From: Myxococcota bacterium
GTDB lineage: Bacteria > Myxococcota_A > Polyangia > Polyangiales > Sandaracinaceae
NCBI GenBank assembly: GCA_036149055.1
Contig: JAYZQJ010000069.1
Location: forward strand, 32,001 to 96,000
DNA length: 64,000 nucleotides
Reading direction: 5' to 3'
This document shows, one piece after another, positions 50,456-61,419 of this stretch (its first letter is position 1; the number at the start of each line of letters is the position of its first letter). Made by a program: the position numbers and the translations under genes. A model generated the notes under the pieces. It searched no databases. It saw only the letters and a program-made list of their open reading frames with translations, and was not told the origin of the DNA.

Positions 50456-51889
50456 GTGCTGAAACAAGGCGTCATGGTCGATGACCTCGGCGCGCGGCTG
50501 GTGCAGGCCGGGCTCGTCACCCGGAGCCAGGTGGCCGAGGTGCGTGGCGCCGCGCCGTTGCACGAGGGCGCGCTGGTGCTCGGGCTCGCCGAGCGCGGCC
50601 TGAGCGAGGACGCCCTCGCCGGCTTCTTCGTCGCGCTCGGCTACGGCCCGCTGATGGACGCCGCCGACCTGGGAGGCGCCGAGCCCGGCGCGCTGGCCAA
50701 GGTCCCCGCGTCCATGGCTCATGGCCTCCGCGCGCTCCCGATCCGGCAGAGCGCCGCCGGCCTGATCGTCGCGATGGCCGCGCCGACCGATCGCCACGCG
50801 GTGAACGAGCTCGCCCGGGCGGTGGGCGCGGACGTGTTGCCGACGGTCGCGCGCGTCGGCGACCTCCGCGCCGCGCTCCGCCGGGCCTACCCGAACGCGC
50901 CCTCGACCGACCCGCCGCACGTGCAGGACTCCGAGCCGCCGGTGCTCGAGCTGACCCAGGTGCGGCGCACGGGGCGCCCGTCCGGTGGCGACGGCTTCGG
51001 GGGCAGCACGCGGGGCGCCGACCGGGTCGAGGCGCGGGCGCTGCTCGGGCCGCGCGTGGTCAGCGACGACGACGACGGCTTCGTGCCGCTCGTCCGCACG
51101 AAGCCGGTGAGCGCGCCGCCCCGCAGCCCGGCTCCCTCCAGCACCGCGCCCCCCTCCGGCAGCGCGCCGTCGTCGACCCCGCCCCGCAAGCGCTCGATCA
51201 CGGCGAACTTCGAGCGCCCGCTCGGAGGCCGCGCGGTCGTGCCGGTGGGCCCCTCGTCCACGCCGCCGACCGCGACCGGCACGCCCCCGCCCGAGGCGGC
51301 CCGCAGCATCATCCCGCCCGAGCACGCCAGCTGGGATCTCGAGGCCCCCGAGAACAAGATCGATCCCACCAAGCTGAAGCGCCTCGCGAGTCGCCCGCCC
51401 ACGCGGCCGAGCCAGCCGGTGGCGATCGGCGGCACCCTCTCCGCCATCCGCGCGAGCCGCGACCGAGACGAGGTGGTCGAGCTCGCCTGTCAGGGCGCGT
51501 TGACCATCTCGCGGGCCGCCATCCTGCTCGCGCTGCGCAGGGGCGTCTTGAAGGGCTGGGACGGCGCGGGGGCCGGGCTCTCGCGCGACGCGGTGCGCAA
51601 CCTCTGGCTCCCGACGAGCAGCCCCTCGATGTTCCGCGAGGTGCTCCAGACCGGCGAGCCTCACGTCGGCGAGCCGGGTCAGAGCGCGGCCGACGGCCTG
51701 TTCCGCGCGGCGGTGGGTGGCCGCGGCGGCGACGTGGTGCTGATGCCGGTCGGCGTGGGCGGCAAGGTCGTCGCGATCCTCGCGGCGGACGACGTCGGCT
51801 TCGGCTCGGTCGGCGTCGAGCGGATCGAGATCCTCTCCCGCGCCATCGGCGAGGCGTTCGAGCGCATCATCGTGCAGCGCAAGCGGTGA
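50456..51889 (+). CDS. MshEN/GSPII-E N-terminal-domain protein with Pro-rich linker and GAF-like C-terminus
   Basis: LGARLVQAGLVT..Q, ALP...LIVAMA.P.D, then RDEV..A.LL...L.GW and MPV.VGGKVVAIL.AD. Confidence 0.75.
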   Translation: MLKQGVMVDDLGARLVQAGLVTRSQVAEVRGAAPLHEGALVLGLAERGLSEDALAGFFVALGYGPLMDAADLGGAEPGALAKVPASMAHGLRALPIRQSAAGLIVAMAAPTDRHAVNELARAVGADVLPTVARVGDLRAALRRAYPNAPSTDPPHVQDSEPPVLELTQVRRTGRPSGGDGFGGSTRGADRVEARALLGPRVVSDDDDGFVPLVRTKPVSAPPRSPAPSSTAPPSGSAPSSTPPRKRSITANFERPLGGRAVVPVGPSSTPPTATGTPPPEAARSIIPPEHASWDLEAPENKIDPTKLKRLASRPPTRPSQPVAIGGTLSAIRASRDRDEVVELACQGALTISRAAILLALRRGVLKGWDGAGAGLSRDAVRNLWLPTSSPSMFREVLQTGEPHVGEPGQSAADGLFRAAVGGRGGDVVLMPVGVGGKVVAILAADDVGFGSVGVERIEILSRAIGEAFERIIVQRKR

Positions 51890-51933
51890 GCGGCGCCGCC
51901 CCCGCCTCCCGAGCGCCGCCTCCCGAGCGCCGG

Positions 51934-52913
51934 TCACACGTCGAGGCCGAAGCGCGCCAGCAGGCGGGCCGCGGCCTGGGTGGGCGGCGTCGTGCCGTCG
52001 CGCACCGCCGCCTCCAGGGACGGCGCGAGCGCCGCGACCTCGGGGTGGCTGCGCAACCGGCTCGACAGCTCGTGCTCGACCGCGCGCCACATCCACTGCG
52101 CCGCCTGATCGGCGCGCATGCGCTCGAGCGCGCCCGTCTCCTCGAGGGCGGAGCGGTGCGCCTCGACCCGCGCCCAGAGCCCCGGCACGCCGTCGCCGGT
52201 CAGCGCGCTGACGCAGCGCACCTCGGGGGACCACTCCGGGTGGATCGGCGTCAGGTAGCGCAGCGCGCCCTCGTACTGCTTGCGGGCGCGCTCGGCCGCG
52301 GGCTTCGCGTCGCCGTCCGCCTTGTTGATGGCGATCAGGTCGGCGAGCTCCACGATGCCGCGCTTGATGCCCTGCAGCTCGTCGCCGGCGTTGGGGAGCA
52401 TCAGGACGAGGAAGCAGTCCACCATCGCCGCGACCTCGGTCTCGCTCTGCCCGACGCCGACCGTCTCCACGAGGACCACGTCGTAGCCGCCGGCCTCGCA
52501 CACCAGGATCGACTCCCGGGTCTTGCGGGCCACCCCGCCGAGCGCGCCCTGGCTCGGGCTCGGCCGGACGAAGGCCCGCGGGTCGCGCGAGAGGCGGGCC
52601 ATGCGGGTCTTGTCCCCGAGGATCGAGCCTCCGCTCCGCCCGCTCGTCGGATCCACCGCCAGCACCGCGACCCGCCGCCCGGCCTCGAGCAGGTGCATGC
52701 CGAGCGCGTCGATGAACGTGCTCTTGCCGACCCCGGGCACGCCGGTGATGCCGACGCGGATGGCCCCACCGGTGTCCGGGAGCAGGCGCGCCAGGAGATC
52801 CTGGGCGAGCTCGCGGTGCCGGCGCAGGTCGCTCTCGACCAGGGTGAGCGCGCGGCCGAGCACCGCGCGTCGCTGCGTCCTCACGCCCTCGACGTAGGCG
52901 TCGAGGTCGAGCT

Positions 52914-52917
<4 letters not shown>
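51934..52917 (-). CDS. meaB: Methylmalonyl-CoA mutase-associated GTPase
   Basis: [39 protein letters not shown] and NKAD motifs. Confidence 0.96.
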
Positions 52918-55075
<2,158 letters not shown>

Positions 55076-55079
<4 letters not shown>

Positions 55080-56704
55080 GCGTCCTCCTCGAGGCGGCGG
55101 ACGAGCCGGTCGAGCGTCTCGGCCGCGTCCATCTTGCGGTGCAGGAAGGCGTCGGCGTCGAGCCCCTCGCGCGGCGCGCCGGCGGCCACCACCGCGCGCG
55201 CCCCGGCCTCCCGGAGCTTCGGCGCCAGCGCCTTCAGGGTCGGCTCGGTCTCCTCGTCGGAGGCGCAGACGCAGACGATCGGGGCGGCGGACGCGTGGGC
55301 TTCGAGGGCGGCGTCGGCGGACGCGGCCGGGTCGAGCACCTCGACGTCGAAGCCTCCGACCTCGAGCGCCTCGCGCGCGAAGTCCATGCGGGGCTTGATC
55401 GCGCGGGCCTCACCGACGCCGATCACCACCGCGCGCCGGCTCGGCGCCCGCTGGGCGCGGGCCCGGAGCGCCTCGAACGGGCCCGCCTCCACGACCGGCG
55501 CGAGCGGGCTCGGGGCCGGCTCGGCGCGCTCGCTCGGGGGCGTGGGGCCCGCGTAGCGGTTCACGCCGACCAGGCCGCGCCGCCGGGTCGCCACCGCCTC
55601 GCGGCGCGCCTCGGCGCTCTCGGCGACGCGCTCGGCCCAGGAGCCGTCCTTCAGCGCGCGCTCCGCGCCGCCGAGGTGCTCGAGCTCCTGGAAGATCGAC
55701 CACGCCTCACGCGCCAGGCCATCGGTCAGCCGCTCGTAGGCGTAGCTGCCGCCGGCGGGGTCGACGACGTGGCCGAGGTGGCACTCGTGCCGGAGCAGGT
55801 GCTGGGTGGTGCGCGCGAGGTGCGCCGCCTGGGCGGAGGCGCCGCCGGTCGGGGCGTCGAAGGGCGCGACGTGCACCGACTGCGCGCCGCCGATCACCCC
55901 CGCGAACGCCATCGTCGTCCCGCGGAGGAGGTTGGTGTGCGGCTCGAGGACCGAGAGGCCGCGGTGCGAGCCGAACGCGTCGATCCAGGCCCCCTCCCCC
56001 TCGACGCCGAGCGCGCGGACCACCTTCGACCAGAGCAGCCGGGCGGCGCGCAGCTTCGCGATGCCGACCACGAAGTCGGCGTCGAGCGCGAACGCGAAGC
56101 GCATGCGGTCGGGGAGCGCGGCCAGCGCGGCGCCCCGCTCGGACAGCTGGCGGAGCTGCTCCAGCCCGGCCGCGCAGGCCCAGGCGAGCTCCAGCACCGC
56201 CGACGCGCCCGCCTCGTGCGCGCCCCGGCAGTCGACGAGCAGGCTCCGCGACGCGCCCTCGGCGAGCGAGAGCGCCGCGTCCCACGCGCCGTCGTCGTCC
56301 GGGGCGGCCAGCGGATCGAAGACCGGGACCGCCGGCGCGGCGGCCGCGCGCCCCTCGCCGATCCACGCGACGTCGATGCCTTCGACCAATGCCGCGGTGA
56401 CCTCGCCCCGCACCCACAGCTGCTCGGCGCCCTCGCGGGCCGCGGCCTCGGCCTGCGAGCGGTCGGCGTCGATCACCTGACCGATCCGCCAGACCCCGAG
56501 GTCCCGGCCGCGGGCGAAGGGCGCTCGCCCTGGCGCGCTCCGCGGCGGCGGCGCCTCCTCGGCGGTGGAGAGCGCGGGCAGGGACACCCCGTCGAGCAGC
56601 CTCCGGTCGAGGCTGTCCGGGTCCCTGCCCGAGAGATCGGCGGTGACCTTCGCGCGCCAGGTCGCGAGGTCTACCGCCTCGAAGGGGATCTGGGTCTCGG
56701 GCAC
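55076..56704 (-). CDS. mutA: Methylmalonyl-CoA mutase small (non-catalytic) subunit
   Basis: [31 protein letters not shown] and VGVN.Y motifs; no DxHxxG. Confidence 0.88.
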
Positions 56705-56804
56705 TCGGGTCTCCGTCGTCGGGGCGCTGCCCCATCATGGGTCACGAGCCCTCCCCGAGCCCGTGCTCGGCCGTCACGTAGGCGCGTCAGCCAGGGTCAC
56801 GATC

Positions 56805-59072
56805 TCAGTCGCCGCCGCCCCCGCCGCCTCCGCGGCGTCGGCGCCCGCCCCGCCGCCGGCGGGCCCGGGGCTTGGGCTTCTCGTCCTCTTCGGCGTCTTC
56901 GTCGTCGGTCGAGTCCTCGTCCGAATCGTCGTCGTCCGAGTCCTCGTCGTCGTCCGAGTCCTCGTCTTCGTCCGAATCCTCGTCGTCTTCGTCGTCGTCC
57001 GAGTCCTCGTCGTCTTCGTCGTCGTCCGAGTCCTCGTCGTCTTCGTCGTCGTCCGAATCCTCGTCGTCTTCGTCGTCCGAATCCTCGTCGTCTTCGTCGT
57101 CGTCCGAATCCTCGTCTTCGTCGTCGTCCGAGTCCTCGTCGTCTTCGTCGTCGTCCGAGTCCTCGTCGTCTTCGTCGTCGTCCGAGTCCTCGTCGTCCGA
57201 GTCTTCGTCCTCGTCGTCGTCCGAGTCCTCGTCGTCCTGCTCGACGTCCTCGCCCTCGTCGGACGCGTCCGCCTCGGTCTCCTCGGCGTCGTCGCTCGAG
57301 TCCTCGTCTTCGGCGCCGTCCTCGCCGGACTCGTCCTCGTCGTCCGACTCCTCGTCGGACTTGGCCTCCGCCTCGTCCTTGCCGCGGCGACGGCGGCGGC
57401 GGCGACGGCGGCGACGACCGCGGCCCTCCTCTTCGCCGTCCTCGTCCTCCGAGTCGTCGGTGTCGTCGGCGCTCTTGGCGGGGGCCTCGTCCTCGGACGC
57501 CGCCTCCTCCTTGGCCGACTCCTCCCGGCGCCCGTCGTCGTCCCGATCCCGGCCGCGACGGCGCCCGCCCCCGCCGAGGTCCTCGGGCTCTCCGCGCAGC
57601 GCGTCCAGCAGGTCCATGTCCACGCCCGCCAGCAGCAGCGGCACGGGGCGCAGCCCGACGCCGCGCGTCTCGAGCGCCTCGGCGAGCCCGCCGCCGTCGT
57701 AGAGGACGCAGGGCGGAGCGCCGGCGACGCCGACCTCCTCGCGCGCCTTGGCGCTCACCCGGCCGGTGGTCACGACCCACGCCGCGCTGGCGTTGCCGTA
57801 GTGATGCAGCGCCCCGCGGACCTCGACGATCCGCTCGGCGTCGAGCTCGCGGCCGTCGCGGAGCACGAGGATCGCGAGGTGCACCTCCTCGTGGCCGCGG
57901 CGCAGCGTGCCGGCGAGGTGGAGCTCGTGGCCGGAGCTCCCCGGACGGCGGACCGCCCGGAGCGAGCCCACGCCTTCGGCGTTCAGCCAGGTCGCGAGCA
58001 GCTCCACGAAGCCGCCGGCCGGCAGCTCCTCGAGCTTGCGGAGGAAGGCGCGGTGCACGTCGCGGCGCTGCTTCTCCACCGCGGCGCGGGCGTCGCGCTC
58101 GAAGCGGCCGGCGTCGCGCGGCAGGTACCACTCGGTCAGCGCCAGCTCTCCGTCGACGTCGCGGAACCGCGCGCCCGCGTGGTCGCGCAGCCGGTCGGCC
58201 CGGATCGCGGCCGACAGCGTCGGGGCGAGCGCGCCCGGCGAGCCGGACAGGCGCCCCTTGCTGATCAGCAGCTCCGCCGCGCGCGCGTAGCTCACCGGCT
58301 CGCGGCGCTGGCCGGAGAGGGCCTGGTAGACGGCGTCGGCGAGATCGCGGCCGAGGAGATCGCCCTCCTCCGGCGTGCGGCTCATGTCGAGCTTCTCGCG
58401 GTCCTTGCGGCGCCCGCCGCGCTTCCGGTCGCGGTCGCGGTCCGAGCGGCGGCCGCCCCGATCGTCGCGATCTCGATCCCGATCGCGATCCCGGTCTCCG
58501 CCGCGATCCCCGCCGCGGTCGTTCCGATCCCGGCGGTCGTCCCCCTTGCCGCGACGCTTGCGCCGGCGCCGTCGGCGCCCACCGCGACCGTCCCCGTCGT
58601 CGTCGCCGCCGCCCCCGGAGCCGCCGCCTCCCCCGCCGGAGCCGCCGCCCCCGCCGCCCTTGTTGGGCTCGTCCACCTTGGCGAGGATCGGCTCGTCGTC
58701 GTCCTCCTCCTCGGGGAACACGTCGGCGCCGGGGAGCTTGCGACGGTCCACCGTGCGCTCCTCCTCACCGTCGGCCTTGGGCTCCGGGTCGGGCAGGCTC
58801 TCGATGTCGACGTCGAAGTCGCTGTCGGCGAGGGCCAGGGTCTTCTTGTCGAACTCGCGGAGGGCGAACACGCCAGGCTTCACCTTGACGATCGGCTCCT
58901 CGCCGCGGTCCTTCTTGATCATCGTCGCGAGGCGCGAGCTCATCGTCATGTCGGGCGCCTTGCCGACGTGCGAGAGCATGTTCTTCGCGATCGCGATCTC
59001 CGTGATCTTCTTGTAGTGGAGGGGCCGGCCCACCAGCCGGAGCACCTCGACGGCAGCTTCCGTGAACGTCAT
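56805..59072 (-). CDS. HARE-HTH domain protein with Mrr-like endonuclease-fold domain and long Asp/Glu tail
   Basis: MTFTEAA.EVL...GRPLHYK.ITE.A; second DAV..AL..P..TL.AAI..D..RF..LAL.EW; then F.ELL..WL...G, V.VRGAL, AWVVTTG and LYDG..LA. Confidence 0.8.
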   Translation of the reverse strand: MTFTEAAVEVLRLVGRPLHYKKITEIAIAKNMLSHVGKAPDMTMSSRLATMIKKDRGEEPIVKVKPGVFALREFDKKTLALADSDFDVDIESLPDPEPKADGEEERTVDRRKLPGADVFPEEEDDDEPILAKVDEPNKGGGGGGSGGGGGGSGGGGDDDGDGRGGRRRRRRKRRGKGDDRRDRNDRGGDRGGDRDRDRDRDRDDRGGRRSDRDRDRKRGGRRKDREKLDMSRTPEEGDLLGRDLADAVYQALSGQRREPVSYARAAELLISKGRLSGSPGALAPTLSAAIRADRLRDHAGARFRDVDGELALTEWYLPRDAGRFERDARAAVEKQRRDVHRAFLRKLEELPAGGFVELLATWLNAEGVGSLRAVRRPGSSGHELHLAGTLRRGHEEVHLAILVLRDGRELDAERIVEVRGALHHYGNASAAWVVTTGRVSAKAREEVGVAGAPPCVLYDGGGLAEALETRGVGLRPVPLLLAGVDMDLLDALRGEPEDLGGGGRRRGRDRDDDGRREESAKEEAASEDEAPAKSADDTDDSEDEDGEEEGRGRRRRRRRRRRRGKDEAEAKSDEESDDEDESGEDGAEDEDSSDDAEETEADASDEGEDVEQDDEDSDDDEDEDSDDEDSDDDEDDEDSDDDEDDEDSDDDEDEDSDDDEDDEDSDDEDDEDSDDDEDDEDSDDDEDDEDSDDDEDDEDSDEDEDSDDDEDSDDDDSDEDSTDDEDAEEDEKPKPRARRRRGGRRRRGGGGGGGD
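56890..57240 (-). repeat. Coding tandem repeat (~27-bp units, DEDSDDDED)
   Basis: Repeated TCCGA(G/A)TCCTCGTCGTCTTCGTCGTCG with shorter indel variants, inside the 56805..59072 CDS. Confidence 0.9.
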
Positions 59073-59234
59073 CTCTCTCCGAGAAAGGCGCGGCGCGCCG
59101 TGCGCGACCGCGGCAGAGCCGGGGCGGTAGCGCGTCGCGCCCGAGCCGCCCCGGAGAGCTTCGAGACCGACGGAGCGAGCGCCCCGCGGGCCGGACCGCG
59201 CCCCCTCAGCGGGGCATCGGACGAGGCGGGCCGG

Positions 59235-59263
59235 ACGCTACCACCCGCCCCCACCCCACGCAA
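59235..59263 (-). promoter_or_regulatory. Candidate sigma-70 promoter for the HARE-HTH gene
   Basis: TTGCGT-N17-TAGCGT about 160 nt upstream of ATG 59072. Confidence 0.55.
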
Positions 59264-59270
59264 TCCTCCT

Positions 59271-60158
59271 CTACTGCCCCGCGAACTGGAGGATGGGGTA
59301 GTCGACGAAGCCGCCGTTGCGGGAGATCACCCGCACCGGGACCTCCTCGCCGCGCCGGACCGCGAGCGCCGCGAGCGCCTGGGCGGGCATGAAGACGAGG
59401 TCGGCCGGCTCCTCGCCGCCGGCGTGCTTGCAGCGCACCGTCATGCGGTTCTGGATGCCGGCCGGGTAGCTGCGCCGGCGGCGGTCGTTCGGCTGCACCA
59501 GCTCGATCTCGTCGGCGAAGGCGACCGCGCATTCCTGGGTCGAGCCGACGAGGCCGGGCTCCTCGCGCAGGTTGGTCAGGTCGAAGCCGTTGGCGACCGA
59601 GGCCGGCTGGGCCCGCGGCGCGGCGTGAGCCAGCTCGGGGTTGTCCCCCTCGACCCGGACGAACTGGACCACCGGGTAGTCGAAGTAGCCGCCGTCCGCG
59701 GCCAGCACCCGGATGCGCACCCGCTTGCCGCGGCGCACCTCGTCCACGCTCGAGGCCGACTCGGGGCTGAAGACCAGATCGGCCCAGCCCTCCCCGGTCG
59801 GCGCGTGGCACTTGATGGCCATGCGGTGCGCGGCGTCGAAGTCGTAGCGGCTGGCCTCGCGGCCCTCGACCGCCTCGGGACGTCCGCTGAAGATGACGTC
59901 GCAGGCTTGCTCCGTATCGAGATGGACACCGGGCTGGACCCGGACGAGCCGGATGTCGAAGCCGGCGCCGGGATCCCCGCTCGCCCCGCCGGCCGGCTGC
60001 ACGGCGGGCTGGGCGGGGTGGATGGAGCGACGCGCCGCCTGCTCCGGCTCGTCGGGCTGCCCGTGGGTCCGGGAGCTCTGGGTGTGACGGAACGGGTTGA
60101 CGCAGCACCCCGTCAGCAGGGCGCTCCCGAGCAGAGCCAAGGCGATCGCGGGCCGCAT
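59271..60158 (-). CDS. Lipoprotein with a tandemly duplicated ~95-aa domain
   Basis: LTGC lipobox; two copies of C.V.F..RM...C..G...ADLVF.P..VRRG..V.RV..GG..DYP..QF. Confidence 0.8.
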   Translation of the reverse strand: MRPAIALALLGSALLTGCCVNPFRHTQSSRTHGQPDEPEQAARRSIHPAQPAVQPAGGASGDPGAGFDIRLVRVQPGVHLDTEQACDVIFSGRPEAVEGREASRYDFDAAHRMAIKCHAPTGEGWADLVFSPESASSVDEVRRGKRVRIRVLAADGGYFDYPVVQFVRVEGDNPELAHAAPRAQPASVANGFDLTNLREEPGLVGSTQECAVAFADEIELVQPNDRRRRSYPAGIQNRMTVRCKHAGGEEPADLVFMPAQALAALAVRRGEEVPVRVISRNGGFVDYPILQFAGQ

Positions 60159-60192
60159 CTCGCGCTCGGGCTACGGCCCGCGCCGCCGCCTG

Positions 60193-61194
60193 TCAACCAG
60201 CCGCGACCGTGGGCTCGTCCGACGCCTGCGGCGGCTCGGACGGGCGCTCGGCGAGGGCCTCGGCGCAGCCGACGGTGGCCCGGTCGAGGATCGCCTCGCA
60301 GAGATCGGCGTACTCGTAGCCGGCGCCGGCCGCGATCTTGGGGAGGAGCGAGGTCGGGGTGAGGCCCGGGAGGGTGTTCACCTCGAGCACGTACTCGTTC
60401 TCGCCCTCGGTCACGAGCATGTCGACGCGCGCGGCGCTGGTGACGCCCAGGCACGCGGCGGCGCGCTCGGCGATGTTGAGCACGCCCTTGTAGCGGGTCG
60501 GGGTGAGGCGGGCCGGGAAGTGATACTCGCTCTGGCCGGCCTGGTACTTCGAGCGGTAGTCGTAGAACTGCCCGCGCGGCACGATCTCGATGGCGCCCAG
60601 GGCGCGCCCGTCCAGGATGCCGACCTGGATCTCGCGGCCGCCCACGAAGCGCTCGACGAGCACCGAGCGGTCGAACTGGGCGGCGTCCACGATCCGCGCG
60701 CGCAGCTCGTCCATGCTCGAGGCCTTGCCGGCGCCCACGCTGGAGCCCGCCCGGCGCGGCTTCACGAACGCCGGGTAGCCGAACGAGCCGTGGGTCTCTT
60801 CGAGCCGCGCGAGGTCCGAGGCGTCCACCGTGTAGTACGGCGGGGTCGGGACGTTGTAGAGGCGGAACAGCTCCTTGCTCTTGAGCTTGTCCATCGCGAG
60901 CGCGCTCGCGAGCACCCCGCTGCCCGTGTAGGGGATGCCCATCAGCTCGAGCATGCCCTGGACGCAGCCGTCCTCACCGTAGGGACCGTGGAGCGCGATG
61001 AAGGCCACGTCGATCGGGCTCTGGCGGAGGACCCGGTCGAGATCGCGGTCGACGTAGATGCGCTGGACGTCGTAGCCGCGCTCGGTCAGCGCCTTGGCCA
61101 CGCCCTCACCGGTCTTGAGCGAGATCTCTCGCTCCGAGCCCAGGCCTCCCAGCAGAACCCCGACGCGCGCGCCCTTGAAATTCTCTGCGTTCAT
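60193..61194 (-). CDS. ddl: D-alanine--D-alanine ligase
   Basis: GG.GSEREISL, LHG.YGEDG..QG, PYTGSG, GSSVG, FYDY.SKY and LEVNTLPG.T..SL.P motifs. Confidence 0.95.
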   Translation of the reverse strand: MNAENFKGARVGVLLGGLGSEREISLKTGEGVAKALTERGYDVQRIYVDRDLDRVLRQSPIDVAFIALHGPYGEDGCVQGMLELMGIPYTGSGVLASALAMDKLKSKELFRLYNVPTPPYYTVDASDLARLEETHGSFGYPAFVKPRRAGSSVGAGKASSMDELRARIVDAAQFDRSVLVERFVGGREIQVGILDGRALGAIEIVPRGQFYDYRSKYQAGQSEYHFPARLTPTRYKGVLNIAERAAACLGVTSAARVDMLVTEGENEYVLEVNTLPGLTPTSLLPKIAAGAGYEYADLCEAILDRATVGCAEALAERPSEPPQASDEPTVAAG

Positions 61195-61419
61195 CGCTCT
61201 ACAGCTCCTCTCGCCCGAGGGGCGATGCGAAGGCCGGGCCAGCGGCGCGACCTTCTCTCTTTTCGGCAGGTTGGGAGTCCGGGCCCGGGTGAAGCGTGTC
61301 CGGTCGAACACGCTCGCGAATCCCTACGTGCTCGGTACTCCGCGCCGTCGAACGCCGTCAAGAAACCGGAGAAGCGCTCCGTCTAGCACAGTCCCGGGGT
61401 CGGGCCGCGGAAAAACCAG

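Noticed and set aside
56890..57240. Regular ~27-bp repeats resembling a CRISPR array
   Set aside because: There are no unique spacers and no cas genes. The repeats are in-frame codons for the Asp/Glu tail.
56565..60362. 1265-aa plus-strand ORF with VRVLVVFVV repeats, and a poly-Ser ORF at 56872
   Set aside because: Antisense shadows of the acidic-repeat gene and its neighbours; stop-poor frames are expected at this GC content.
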